From an uncultured Clostridia bacterium (GTDB lineage: Bacteria; Bacillota; Clostridia; TANB77; CAG-508), in assembly GCA_946401865.1 (NCBI GenBank), contig CAMIVO010000002.1, forward strand, positions 2,781-66,780: DNA of 64,000 nt, given 5' to 3'. Position numbers and translations under genes: made by a program. Each line of letters starts with the position of its first letter. The stretch's first letter is position 1. The notes below the pieces were generated by a model. That model saw nothing but the letters and a program-made list of their open reading frames with translations, made no database searches and was not told the DNA's origin. Positions 32,801-43,540 of the stretch are shown here, one piece after another.

Positions 32801-34432
32801 TATTTTTTATTTAATCTTTCTACTTCTTCTAGTCCGCTTCGAATAACTTCTTCATCATAATTTTCTGTTTCTTTATTGGATTGTTTACAATCCCCAAGTA
32901 AGCAAAAATAAAGGTTTTGTGATTTGTTTGCAATATAATCTATTTCTAGGTTTTTAAACATTTCTTTTACTTTTTCTCTAGAGTCTACTATTGTAGGTAT
33001 TATTACAAAAGTAGAAGCATTTTCTGGAATTCCACTTTCAAAGTTCATTTTAGGAATTATTTTAGGTTTAACAAGTTTACTTAAAATATATTGTAAAAGT
33101 TGAATTATAATTTCTGAAATTGGAATAAATAAAACTAAAAAACTGCTAAGCTTTATCCACATTTTTTTATTACTTTGTGGAAAATATGTTGCAAATAATC
33201 CTGATATAATAAAAGTTAATACAAATATAGTACCAATATATAATTTTGTTTTTTTATTTTTACTTAATACTTTTTTCTCTTTGCATTGCAATTTTTCCAA
33301 TAAAATATTTATATTTTCATCTTGTAAATAATAACCTATATGCGCTTTTTTACTTTTATAATTTTCCTCATATGCTTTAGTTGCTAATTCCAATATTTTT
33401 TTTGAAATATACATCTCCGAAATTTTGGTCTTTTTGGAAATTTCTTTTATAGTATTTCTATAACTTTCTTTTGTTTTAAAATCCATTTTATCATATACTT
33501 TTGCAGGATCTAGTTTTAATATTTCTTCTACTTTATTTATATTTTCAAATATTTCTAGAAAATTAATTCTTTGTAATTTTTTTATAGATGTAATTGCATT
33601 TCCAATAGCAATTTTATTTATTGCAATATCGAAATGCTCTCTTTTGGTTATTTCTGAAACTGATGCACCTGTTTTCTCAACTTCTTCATTTAATATTTTT
33701 AAAAAATTTTCTGTTTTTTTACCATATTTTTTTAGTTTATAAGACATATATTCAACAAATGGATATTTTATATCATACATTTTTATTTTTATATTTTTTG
33801 AATTTTTATAAATATTATATTTTCTTTCACTTCTAGGTTTTCTTTCTACTAACCTTTCTATCATAGCTTCAACTCTTAATTTTTCATATTGAGAAATATA
33901 AATACTTTCAGCAATTTGCCTTATATTTTCTATAATCGCTATTTGCATAAATATGCCTATATTCCATATTTCATCCATACTTAAATTTTTCTTTTCTTGA
34001 TATGCCTTTAAACTTTCTTCTAAAATCTCTCTACTTATTTTATTTTCTGTATAATTTACAATTTGTGATGCTAATACATATATTCTTGCAAAGCCTTGAT
34101 ATTTTCCGATTTGAAAGTCCTACAAAATTTTTATATTTTTTTAATGTCATTTCTTTTTCAATAGACCTTACCACTTCTTCTATTACATAAAAATTATCTA
34201 ACAACCATTCACCAGCTGGATGAATTTGAATTTTATTTTTCACATTTTCATTTAGTAAATTATATACTTCTTTTATTACCTCATAATTTTCCATCATTCT
34301 TGGTATTGGATAAGTAATTTTATTACTTTTTTGGCAAATTGTATGACCTGCAGCTAATTTTTCTAAATAACCATAAAGCTCTTGCTTATTTAGCAGAGCT
34401 CCTTCAATTGATAATTTTCTATAATTACTCAT
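26835..34432 (-). pseudogene. GT84 glycosyltransferase + GH94 glucan synthase/phosphorylase gene (cyclic beta-1,2-glucan synthase-like), N-terminal ~2530 codons, with frameshifts at ~30985-30992 and ~34060-34080
   Basis: N-term AGEWLLDNFYVIEE and IAIIENIRQIA blocks; GT DxD (ITLDADTDL); DLLASEARQAS; GH94 RENGGQYTH at junction; ORFs 34040..34507 / 30955..33978 / 26739..30992 overlap in different frames; start MSNYRK at ~34432 with GAGGGA RBS. Confidence 0.7.
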
Positions 34433-34481
34433 ATAAATTCCCTCAAATTTTTTAATTGGGGATTTTTTTAGCACAAAAAAA

Positions 34482-34527
34482 CCCATATTTGCATTTATTA
34501 TTTGCAAATATAGGTTTTTTATGCATT
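34482..34527. repeat. 46-bp direct repeat A / bidirectional terminator hairpin
   Basis: cccatatttgcatttattatttgcaaatataggttttttatgcatt; A-run + 12-bp stem + T-run. Confidence 0.6.
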
Positions 34528-34761
34528 CTCTAAATAATATTCATATTTTTATTTATCAATATTTTCTAATTATTTTATTATTAAAAACGACATCTAAATT
34601 CATTATATAAAAAAAATTTTATACGAACTTCCATATATATTATGTTGATTTTTTTATGCTATTATGTTATCATAGTACTGCAATATTCTATATAAAATGT
34701 AGCTTAACTGTGTTATTAATCTAAATTTTATTATGATAATAATAAAAAGGGGGAAATTAAT

Positions 34762-36207
34762 ATGAGTATTCCAAATGACCAAACCTGGAAAATGAAAGAT
34801 TTTAACTCTGAGATAATCTGGAAAGATTCTCAGAATAATGTTAGCTTTGAAGAATGCAAAGTTAGTAGATTTATTCCATTTAAACATGGAGCAGCTGTAT
34901 TCGGAGGAGAGTTTGGCGATGAAGGTAAAGGCAAAAAAGTCGATGCTCTCGCAGAAAAATACAAAAAAAGTGGACTGAAAATTCTGTCTATCCGAGGACA
35001 GGGAAGTGGAAACGCCGGACATACTGTTGTGGTTGATAATAAAAAATACGATTTCCATTATTTGACTAGTGCAGGTCTTTCAGCAGACATCATGCTTCTC
35101 GGAGCTGGAATGCTGATAGATCCTATAAGAGTTCTCAACGAAATGGAAAAGCTTCCCCTAAAAAAAAGAGAAATAGTTATGGTTGCAGAAAGAGCAACTA
35201 TAGTAACCAATCTTGAGAGGATCTTTGATGGATGGTGCGAAGCACAGCACAAAGATATGAAGTCCAAGGTTGGAACAACAGGTTCTGGAGTTGGACCTGG
35301 AGCAGGAATCCGTGGCTTCCGATTTAACGTAACATTTGCAGATGCGCTTAAGTGCAAATCAGCAGATGAACTGCGTGAAAAATTTCTTAGCAATCCAATT
35401 CTTCCTGTTGACGTTAAGGAAGCTACAAAGCCAGAAGAAACAAACGTTATGCTTACCAAAAAAGTATTTTCTAAAGAATATGTGGAAGAAATCTGGAAAG
35501 CAATCCACAAATTAAACATTGTTGACAGTGTTGAAATTATTCAACGTTGTCGTGAAGAAGGCGGTTGGGCAGTTTTACTTGAAGTAAGCCAGGCTGTTGG
35601 CCTTGATCCTCTCTTTGGAAATGGTGGACATTTCGTAACATCAACTCCATGCACAGATGTTGGTGGAATTGTAGGTAGCGGTTTGACTATCTATGATTTT
35701 CCTGATGGAACAACAATGATGTGCAAAGCTTACACATCTAAAGTTGGAGGTGGTCCTTTTATTGTCAAATTCAATGACGATGAAAAAAATATCGACAAAT
35801 TTATCGATGATATGGTCTGTGAACGCGGTGTTACCACTGGACGTAAGCGTGACTTAGGTTGGTTTGATGGTCCACTAGTAAGACACACCATTGCACTTAC
35901 TGGTGCAAATGTCTCAGTAAACTGCATGGATGTAATAGCTGAACTTCCTGCAGTAACTGATACTGTTAAAGTATGCTTTGCATACAAAAATAAAATAACT
36001 GGTAATGTTACATATAGATGGCCATATAATCTTAACGATTACAAGCCTCTCTATTTATCAATGTCCATAAAAGGAATGAGTAAGAATGATATTATTAAAA
36101 ATTATATCCTCTTAATCGAAAAGGTTATAGGACAGAAAATTTTGGAATATGGAGTAGGCCCTCGTCGCGAAGATTATCGTTCGAGAGATGAAGCTTTTAA
36201 GTATTAA
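34762..36207 (+). CDS. adenylosuccinate synthetase family protein (divergent PurA-like, 481 aa, N-terminal ~45-aa extension)
   Basis: P-loop FGDEGKGK, GNAGHTV, TTGSGVGP, GVTTGRKRDLGWFD (PurA GATTGRRRR.GWLD); GGGGGAAATTAAT-ATG RBS; clearly higher GC/codon usage than neighbours. Confidence 0.8.
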   Translation: MSIPNDQTWKMKDFNSEIIWKDSQNNVSFEECKVSRFIPFKHGAAVFGGEFGDEGKGKKVDALAEKYKKSGLKILSIRGQGSGNAGHTVVVDNKKYDFHYLTSAGLSADIMLLGAGMLIDPIRVLNEMEKLPLKKREIVMVAERATIVTNLERIFDGWCEAQHKDMKSKVGTTGSGVGPGAGIRGFRFNVTFADALKCKSADELREKFLSNPILPVDVKEATKPEETNVMLTKKVFSKEYVEEIWKAIHKLNIVDSVEIIQRCREEGGWAVLLEVSQAVGLDPLFGNGGHFVTSTPCTDVGGIVGSGLTIYDFPDGTTMMCKAYTSKVGGGPFIVKFNDDEKNIDKFIDDMVCERGVTTGRKRDLGWFDGPLVRHTIALTGANVSVNCMDVIAELPAVTDTVKVCFAYKNKITGNVTYRWPYNLNDYKPLYLSMSIKGMSKNDIIKNYILLIEKVIGQKILEYGVGPRREDYRSRDEAFKY

Positions 36208-36231
36208 TCTCATATTATTTCCACCAAAAAG

Positions 36232-36277
36232 CCCATATTTGCATTTATTATTTGCAAATATGGGTTTTTTATGCATT
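36232..36277. repeat. 46-bp direct repeat B / bidirectional terminator hairpin
   Basis: 45/46 identical to 34482-34527. Confidence 0.6.
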
Positions 36278-36290
36278 AAATATATTTTGC

Positions 36291-36710
36291 CTATTCTCCT
36301 CTATCATCACCTCTTGATACGTATTTATTCTGTATTTCTTTAATATAATCTTCCAATTCTCGTCTATGTTCATCAGTAAGATATTCCTTATATCTCTTTA
36401 TCCAACTTTGCATTTCTTTAATTTTTTTAGCTATATTCTCCTCAGTATCTTTCTCAAATTCACTCTCTGGATATTTTCCAATTGGACTTTTAAAATAATT
36501 TTTTAACGCATTGCTTTTTTGTTCTGGTGTAAAAGATTTATCTCTTAATATTAATTCTTCTCTTTCTACTCCATATTCCTGTTCTCCAGATCCCCCAAAA
36601 TAAACTGTTTTTCCTTCTTTAGAAAATATTCCTGTTCTACGTTGTTCATATGGATCATGAAAGGAATTTGGTTCATGAAATGTTCCTATTACTTGAAATT
36701 TTTTTGACAT
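36291..36710 (-). CDS. hypothetical protein (start MSKKF at ~36710)
   Basis: GAGGAGG RBS before internal Met; ~139 aa. Confidence 0.45.
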   Translation of the reverse strand: MSKKFQVIGTFHEPNSFHDPYEQRRTGIFSKEGKTVYFGGSGEQEYGVEREELILRDKSFTPEQKSNALKNYFKSPIGKYPESEFEKDTEENIAKKIKEMQSWIKRYKEYLTDEHRRELEDYIKEIQNKYVSRGDDRGE

Positions 36711-36742
36711 ACTTTTTCCTCCTCTAAAATTAATATATAAAT

Positions 36743-38605
36743 TTAACAATAAAACTTTATTGAATTCTCTCCATATTTTTCTTTCTTAATTCCTCCTTGT
36801 TTTGCATATTTAAAAAATAAATGTGCTCCTTTTTCTACAGTTTCTCTAAATTCTTTAATTTCTTCATCTGAAAAATGTTTTTTGATTTTGTTTTTTAACG
36901 GAAGCCTCCGGCCTCCTCCGCCTCCACCGAAAGAGCCTCCTCCTCCGCCTCCAGAAGAGAATCCTCCTCCTCCTGAACTATAGCTTTGAGCAGCAGCTCT
37001 TGCAGAATTGGCACTTGCAATTCCTCTTGAACTACAATAATTAATATAAATTATATTATCATATGTTCCATAATTTGTTTGTTCTATCATTTCTGGGTAC
37101 AATTCTTTAAATTGTTTTGATACTTGTTTTGCAATTCCCATCATCTGAGCAAAAATCAGGTAATCTTCAAAAAGTTCTACTTCTATCGCATCTCTATCTG
37201 GAATCAAAGTATATTCTAGTAAAAATCTCTTTAATCCAGCAAGTTTCATAGCTTCGTTTTTTAATTCTGGGGTAGCTGTATATTTATCTATAAATACTAC
37301 ACCACTATTTTGCTTTGTTAAAAGTCCTTCCTCATATAATTTGTTTCTTTGTTCTTCTAAAATGTCATCAAACCAGCTTAATACCTTACTATAACTTTTT
37401 CTGCACCATATTTCAAATTCTTTGTTTTCTAATATTCCATCTTTACTGGCTACATACATCATGTGAAATAATTCAGTTTCTTTTGTATTATCTAATGCTC
37501 TATTTCTTTCATCTCCAAGTAAAATTACAGTATTTTCTTTTTTAAATATTTTTCCGCCTTCTCTGTTTTCAGTTTTTATTATTCCTTTTTTTAGCCATTT
37601 TAATATAATTGCACCTAAAATATCAGTTTTATTTTTTATTATATTATATTGGTAAGCTATATAATAGGCCTTAAAAATATCATTATCACACGGTATATCT
37701 CTAAAATAATTTACATCTCTTGGAATCTTTTTTCCAAGTGGTCCATATTTAAATCCATATTTTTTTCCTGATGTAACCTTAGCTACCAATGCTATAAATA
37801 TAAATGGCACAAATTGAACAAGTATTGTAAATACAGCAAAAATAGAATTCGTACTGCTTTCACTTTTTTTATTATATTTTTTAGAGCCTTTTTCTGCCAT
37901 ATTATAATAATGGTCAAAATCATAATCTAATACATTTTCACAATTAAAAGTGTTTAATGGGAATTTTGCAAGAATTGTCATATATTCAGAAGTTCCAAGT
38001 CTTCCATCCGAATCCATATAAATAGCACCATTATTAACATAGCAAAGTCCACCATAATTTCCATATCCCCATACATCTATGGTATCTTGAAAATATTTAT
38101 TTGAATGAATTTTTATTTTTACACTTCCTATAGAATTTGAAAAGTCATATGGAATTAGAGTCCAATATACCATTTGAGAATCTGAAAGACTAGATACAAA
38201 ATTTGTTATTGTATATTTTACAATATATGTATTTGAACCATAACTACTTATTCCCCAACAAATTTCTACTCCATTGTTAATATAATTTATTCCACATTTA
38301 TAAGCTTTACTACTTAAACTACCAGAAGTGTTCCAAGAACCTAAAGTTGTATATGTTTTTGTTTTATCAGATATAGTTAAATTAGTAATACTTGAATTTC
38401 CTAAATTATAATATGGATGGTAACTTTCTGTTCCTTGACTTGTATTACATTGCCAAGTTTCTGTAACATTAGCATTTCCATAATTATCTATAAATATATC
38501 CATATTTATACTACTTATAGAATTTGCTTGTACTTTTGTTTTAATATTTATAATAGCAATAAAAAATATTATCATAAATAAAACTTTTAAATATTTATTT
38601 TTCAT
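36743..38605 (-). CDS. DUF2207-type membrane protein with signal peptide and C-terminal Gly-rich tail
   Basis: N-terminal signal/TM, central TM pair, GGGGFSSGGGGGGSFGGGGGG tail typical of DUF2207. Confidence 0.6.
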   Translation of the reverse strand: MKNKYLKVLFMIIFFIAIINIKTKVQANSISSINMDIFIDNYGNANVTETWQCNTSQGTESYHPYYNLGNSSITNLTISDKTKTYTTLGSWNTSGSLSSKAYKCGINYINNGVEICWGISSYGSNTYIVKYTITNFVSSLSDSQMVYWTLIPYDFSNSIGSVKIKIHSNKYFQDTIDVWGYGNYGGLCYVNNGAIYMDSDGRLGTSEYMTILAKFPLNTFNCENVLDYDFDHYYNMAEKGSKKYNKKSESSTNSIFAVFTILVQFVPFIFIALVAKVTSGKKYGFKYGPLGKKIPRDVNYFRDIPCDNDIFKAYYIAYQYNIIKNKTDILGAIILKWLKKGIIKTENREGGKIFKKENTVILLGDERNRALDNTKETELFHMMYVASKDGILENKEFEIWCRKSYSKVLSWFDDILEEQRNKLYEEGLLTKQNSGVVFIDKYTATPELKNEAMKLAGLKRFLLEYTLIPDRDAIEVELFEDYLIFAQMMGIAKQVSKQFKELYPEMIEQTNYGTYDNIIYINYCSSRGIASANSARAAAQSYSSGGGGFSSGGGGGGSFGGGGGGRRLPLKNKIKKHFSDEEIKEFRETVEKGAHLFFKYAKQGGIKKEKYGENSIKFYC

Positions 38606-38620
38606 AATAATTTTTCTCCC

Positions 38621-39430
38621 TTATAAATTTTTATTAATCTCTGCACCTAAAAATATAACATAAAAACAAGTATATGTCCACATCATAATTAGCATTAAAG
38701 TTGTTAAACTTCCATATGTGCTAGAAAAACCTTTAAAAATATTTAAATATCTAGAAAAAACAAATGAAACTATATTTAATAAAAATGAAGAAAAAGCAGC
38801 TCCTTTTACTTGACTTTTAAATGTTAATTTATGCCTAGACATAAACGTATACACAAATAAAAATATTACAAATACAATTAATACAAAAATAATGCGATAT
38901 ATTATTGATGATATAAATGTAAAATTTTCAAATAGTCCAAAGCGTTCTTTTGCTGTTGAAATAATTGTTTTTCCAAATACTAGTAAAATCAATCCTATAA
39001 CAATTAATACAATGAATATTACTGTTTCTATCAGTGAAGCTATTTTTAAATAAATCCATGATTTTTTCTTTTGGTTTAAAGAATTGTTGTATATTGTTTG
39101 TAATTCTTTTGTTAAAGCAAATAGTCCTTTTCCAGCTGATATTAAAGTAAATATTAATGAAATTGAAATAGTTCCTAATGATTTTGAATAAACCTCTCTA
39201 ACAATTCCTATAATAAATCCGTTCATATTTGAAGGAATAATATTTGACAAAATTTCTAATAATTCCTCTGAATCAATATTTGTATATTGAATTAATGTTA
39301 ATAAAAGAATAAGAAATGGTATGAAAGATAATATTACATAATATGCACATTGAGCAGAAGATTCGCTTACATGATCTTTATTTAAATTTTCTAAGAAAAG
39401 TTTAATTTTCTTTAAAAGATTTTCTTTCAT
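38621..39430 (-). CDS. YihY/BrkB-family inner-membrane protein
   Basis: 6-TM profile, conserved N-terminal region SAQCAYYVILSFIPFL. Confidence 0.65.
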   Translation of the reverse strand: MKENLLKKIKLFLENLNKDHVSESSAQCAYYVILSFIPFLILLLTLIQYTNIDSEELLEILSNIIPSNMNGFIIGIVREVYSKSLGTISISLIFTLISAGKGLFALTKELQTIYNNSLNQKKKSWIYLKIASLIETVIFIVLIVIGLILLVFGKTIISTAKERFGLFENFTFISSIIYRIIFVLIVFVIFLFVYTFMSRHKLTFKSQVKGAAFSSFLLNIVSFVFSRYLNIFKGFSSTYGSLTTLMLIMMWTYTCFYVIFLGAEINKNL

Positions 39431-39447
39431 TTCAACCTCTATTCATT

Positions 39448-39538
39448 TGGCGGAGCAAGAGGGATTTGAACCCCCGCGCCGATTGCTCGACCTACCAGTT
39501 TTCGAAACTGGACTCTTCAACCACTTGAGTATTGCTCC
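39448..39538 (-). tRNA. tRNA-Ser (anticodon CGA)
   Basis: Own fold: GGAGCAA acceptor/TTGCTCC, anticodon arm CCAGT-TTCGAAA-ACTGG, long variable arm, T-arm GGGGG-TTCAAAT-CCC, encoded CCA. Confidence 0.85.
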
Positions 39539-39540
39539 AA

Positions 39541-40431
39541 TTAGTTATTTACATGATGTTTAACCATTGGTGTTTCTTCTGTAATTCTTCTAAACACATA
39601 TCCTTGCTCTAATCCCCAAGTTATAACAGAATCTAATGCATCCATAGTTTTATGATTTCCTGCAAAATCATGCATTAATACTACATTGCTTCTTCCTGGT
39701 TTAATTCCTGAAGTTACATTATTATATATGTCTTGAGATGTTTTTGCATGTCCTGCATCATCAGAGTCTACATTCCAATCAAAATATCTATAACCCATAT
39801 CAGTTACTCTTGTTACAAGTTCTGTCATAACACCTGGACAATATTTTTTACTTATAACATTTGAACTTCCTCCAGGAAATCTTATTATTTTTGATTGTAT
39901 ACCTGTTGTTTGATATACCTGATCTCCAATTTTTTTAAAATTTTCAATACAGGTATCAGCTGATTGATATACTTCAGAATAAGTATGCGAATAACCATGA
40001 AGAGCTATAGTATGACCTTCTTCTTTTTCTTTTTTTATATATTGTTCATTTTCATCACTATAATGAAGTACAAAAAAAGTAGCCTTTATTCCTCTATTTT
40101 TTAAAATATCTAAAATAACAGGTGTAGAACTAGCACTTGGTCCATCATCAAAAGTTAAATATATAATTCCAGTTGCATTTTCTTCTTCCTCTTTTTCCTT
40201 TTGTCTCTGGCGTTCTTCCTCTTCCTTTTTTTGTGTTTCAATAGCAATTCTCATTATTTCTTCTTCTTCAGCTTTTTTTTGTGCTTCTAATCTAATTTTT
40301 TCAGCTTTATGATTTTGAACAGCTACTACACCAAAAATTATTAATAACAATATTATTATAATCATAATAATTGCTATTAACATATGCCTATAATTTAATT
40401 TTCTTTTTCTTCTCCTTACATAATATTCCAT
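39541..40431 (-). CDS. polysaccharide deacetylase (NodB-homology) with N-terminal TM and Glu/Lys-rich linker
   Basis: IYLTFDDGP...TFFV motif 1, HGYSH. Confidence 0.8.
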   Translation of the reverse strand: MEYYVRRRKRKLNYRHMLIAIIMIIIILLLIIFGVVAVQNHKAEKIRLEAQKKAEEEEIMRIAIETQKKEEEERQRQKEKEEEENATGIIYLTFDDGPSASSTPVILDILKNRGIKATFFVLHYSDENEQYIKKEKEEGHTIALHGYSHTYSEVYQSADTCIENFKKIGDQVYQTTGIQSKIIRFPGGSSNVISKKYCPGVMTELVTRVTDMGYRYFDWNVDSDDAGHAKTSQDIYNNVTSGIKPGRSNVVLMHDFAGNHKTMDALDSVITWGLEQGYVFRRITEETPMVKHHVNN

Positions 40432-40627
40432 TTTAAGTATGCCTCTTTTTCTAATTAGACAAAATATTTAATTTTTATTTTATCTTTACTTCTTATATTA
40501 CTATATCTATTTTTTGTTATTTTATAATAAAATCAAAAATTATTTTATCACTTTAATACATATTTTGTCAAACAACTTGATAATCTTCATATAACGTGCT
40601 AAAATATTGGTATTTGGAGGAAAACAA

Positions 40628-42376
40628 ATGGCTTTTGATGGAATAGTTACAAAAACAATTACAAAAGAATTAGAACATATTATAAATTATAAAATAGATA
40701 AAATATATGAGCCAGATAAAAATACAATAATCATTGGTCTATACGGAAAAGGAGAAAATTTGGCATTACTTTTATGTATTTCGGCAAATAATTGCAGAAT
40801 ACATTTAACAACACACCAACAACCAAACCCTATTTCAGCTCCTAATTTTTGTATGTTACTTAGAAAACACATTAATGGATTTAAAATAAAAAAAATTTCA
40901 TCTATAGATTTAGAAAGAATTGTTTTTATTGATTTAGAAAATAACGAAAATCCTAATAAACCAATAAGTAAAAGACTTATTGTAGAACTAATGGGTAAAC
41001 ATAGTAATATAATTTTAGTTGATGAAAAAAATATTATAATAGATAGTTTACGACATACTTCTGTTGAAGAACATTCAAATAGAGATGTTTATCCAACATC
41101 TAAATATATTTTCCCAGAAACAACTAAATATAGTTTTTTGGAATTAAAAAATTTTGATGACTTTTACTCTAAAATTGAATCTAAATTAATAGAACCTTCA
41201 TCTAATAATACTACAAATAACAATATTTCCGATTATAGTATTGAAAAAATAATTTCAGATACATTTAATGGTATTAGCATGTCTTTTGTAAAAAACATAG
41301 TTAAAAAATTAGCTATATCAAACTTATCTAAGGATTCTTTAGAAAAAATTTATAATAAAATACAACAAATAATAAATTCTAGCAATCCTTCTGTAGAAAT
41401 TTTAGCTGATCAAAAAGACTATTTTCTATGTAATTCTGATGTAATATCAAGTCCGTTTTTTGTAAATTATACCTTAGATGAATTTTATTATAAAAAGGAA
41501 AATTCTGAATTATTTAAAAATTATAGAAACAGTATTTTAAACTTAATCTTAGTTACTTTAAAAAAATATGAAAAAAGACTTCAAAATATAGATAACAAAC
41601 TTCTAGAATGTGATAACAGAGATAAATATAGATTATATGGTGAATTAATAACTTCTAATTTATACAAAATACCTAATAAAAACTTAAAATCAATTGAATT
41701 AGAAAATTATTATAATAATAATGAATTAATTGAAATTCCACTTGATTCTAAATATCTACCATCTAGAAATGCAAAACAGTATTTTAAAAAATACACAAAA
41801 TTAAAAAATGCATTAGAACTTGTATCAACTCAAAAACAAGAAACTATTCAAGATATTAATTATATGGAAAGTATTGTATATGAAATAAATGAATGTACTT
41901 CTCTTAGTGAACTTGAAGAGGTATATGAAGAAATTTCGGAAAGTTCTTTATTCTGTGATAAATTAAAATTGAAACAAAAAAAGAACAATATCAAAAAAAA
42001 TAAAGCAAAATTATTAACAAAAAATAAAAATGCTAAGTTTAATCCTTTAAAATATATTATAGATGGATATACAATTTTTGTAGGAAGAAATAATTTAGAA
42101 AATGATTATTTAACATGTAAATTTGCTAAAAAAACAGATATATGGTTTCATACTAAAGACACTCATGGAAGCCATGTAATTTTAAAAACAAATCCTAATG
42201 AAATTGTGCCAGAAGAAATAATATATAAAACTGCTAAACTCGCAGCTGAACATAGTAAAGCAAAAAATTCATCTCATACTCCAGTTGACTACTGTAAAGT
42301 ATTAAATGTAAAAAAGCCAAGTGGAAGTAAACCTGGCTTTGTAATTTATACTAATAATAAAACTATATATGTATAA
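40628..42376 (+). CDS. rqcH: NFACT-family ribosome quality control protein RqcH (FbpA-like)
   Basis: MAFDGIVTKTITKEL... NFACT-N; C-terminal NFACT-R/DUF814 (HTKDTHGSHV); GGAGG RBS. Confidence 0.8.
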   Translation: MAFDGIVTKTITKELEHIINYKIDKIYEPDKNTIIIGLYGKGENLALLLCISANNCRIHLTTHQQPNPISAPNFCMLLRKHINGFKIKKISSIDLERIVFIDLENNENPNKPISKRLIVELMGKHSNIILVDEKNIIIDSLRHTSVEEHSNRDVYPTSKYIFPETTKYSFLELKNFDDFYSKIESKLIEPSSNNTTNNNISDYSIEKIISDTFNGISMSFVKNIVKKLAISNLSKDSLEKIYNKIQQIINSSNPSVEILADQKDYFLCNSDVISSPFFVNYTLDEFYYKKENSELFKNYRNSILNLILVTLKKYEKRLQNIDNKLLECDNRDKYRLYGELITSNLYKIPNKNLKSIELENYYNNNELIEIPLDSKYLPSRNAKQYFKKYTKLKNALELVSTQKQETIQDINYMESIVYEINECTSLSELEEVYEEISESSLFCDKLKLKQKKNNIKKNKAKLLTKNKNAKFNPLKYIIDGYTIFVGRNNLENDYLTCKFAKKTDIWFHTKDTHGSHVILKTNPNEIVPEEIIYKTAKLAAEHSKAKNSSHTPVDYCKVLNVKKPSGSKPGFVIYTNNKTIYV

Positions 42377-42389
42377 TATATTTAAAGTA

Positions 42390-43487
42390 TTAATTCTCAT
42401 ATGTATACCATAAACCTTTTTTCTTTAATGTGTTTATGGTATTTTGATGTTCTTCATAAGTATTTGAAAAATAAATATCTCCATTTTTATCTGCAACAAA
42501 ATATAAATATTTTTCTTTAGCTGGATTAAGTGCTGCTGTAATAGATTCTTCTGAAGGATTTGCTATTGGCCCTACCGGTAATTTTCCGTTCATATTTGGT
42601 CCTCTAGTATTATATGGATTATAAGTATTTATTTCCTTTGCATATAAATCCCTTTCTCCCATATCTACTCTAATTGCATAATATGTTGTAACATCACTTC
42701 CCAGTGACATATTTGCATTTAATCTATTGTAAATTACACTTGCAATTTTAGATCTATTTTCACTGTTATTTCCTTCTAATTCAATAATAGAAGCTATTGT
42801 TAGTAATTGATGTACAGAAACATTTTCTGTTGTTTCTCCATCTTGCCCTTCTTTTTTATATTTTGAGAGAACTTTGCTCATTTTATCTAACATTTTTTCG
42901 AAAATTGTTTTTACATCTACATCTTTATTTTCAAAACTATATGTATCTGGATATAAATACCCCTCTAATGGGTAATAAATATTTTCATTTTGAATAGTTT
43001 TAGATAAAAACCAATATTTATCAATTAAAGATGTAATATATTCTTTGTCTTGCAATACATTATATACATCATTTGCTGTATTATTTGTTTTTTCTGCTAT
43101 TGTTGAAGCAATGTAACGCATATTTCTGCCTTCTTTAAATGTAATATTAACTGTTTCATCCATTACTTTTCCTGTTGTTAAAGTATTTAATACATCTTTT
43201 AAAGAATTTTGTCCACTAAATGAGTATTTTCCTGCTTGTAAGCCTGCTATATTATTTAATTTAATATATATTTTAGCAACAAGCTCATTTCTTATTATAT
43301 TATTATTTTTTAATTGTTTTAGAATTTCCACTGTGCTTGTACCACTTTTAATTTCAACAATTGTTTCATTATTATTCTCATTTTTAGGTGCTTGTGTTCC
43401 AATTTTATACCATGTAAAAACTGATATAATTCCTATTAAAATAATTGCAAATATTATACCTAAAATAATATAAATTCTTTTTCCCAT
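42390..43487 (-). CDS. mltG: endolytic murein transglycosylase MltG (YceG-like)
   Basis: N-terminal TM, YceG domain, C-terminal ...LYFVADKNGDIYFSNTYEEH. Confidence 0.85.
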   Translation of the reverse strand: MGKRIYIILGIIFAIILIGIISVFTWYKIGTQAPKNENNNETIVEIKSGTSTVEILKQLKNNNIIRNELVAKIYIKLNNIAGLQAGKYSFSGQNSLKDVLNTLTTGKVMDETVNITFKEGRNMRYIASTIAEKTNNTANDVYNVLQDKEYITSLIDKYWFLSKTIQNENIYYPLEGYLYPDTYSFENKDVDVKTIFEKMLDKMSKVLSKYKKEGQDGETTENVSVHQLLTIASIIELEGNNSENRSKIASVIYNRLNANMSLGSDVTTYYAIRVDMGERDLYAKEINTYNPYNTRGPNMNGKLPVGPIANPSEESITAALNPAKEKYLYFVADKNGDIYFSNTYEEHQNTINTLKKKGLWYTYEN

Positions 43488-43540
43488 AGTCTATTATATT
43501 CCTTTCATTAAATTGCACTTTAAATTCAGAAACTTAAATA

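Noticed and set aside
34654-35987. Minus-strand ORFs 34654..35058, 35058..35519, 35730..35987
   Set aside because: They lie antisense inside the GC-rich PurA-like gene. Such open frames are expected in higher-GC DNA. They have no RBS or motifs.
39448-39538. tRNA as integration site of the mobile element
   Set aside because: The tRNA-Ser is intact, 12.6 kb away from the element, and not duplicated at a junction. The element instead sits within a protein-coding gene.
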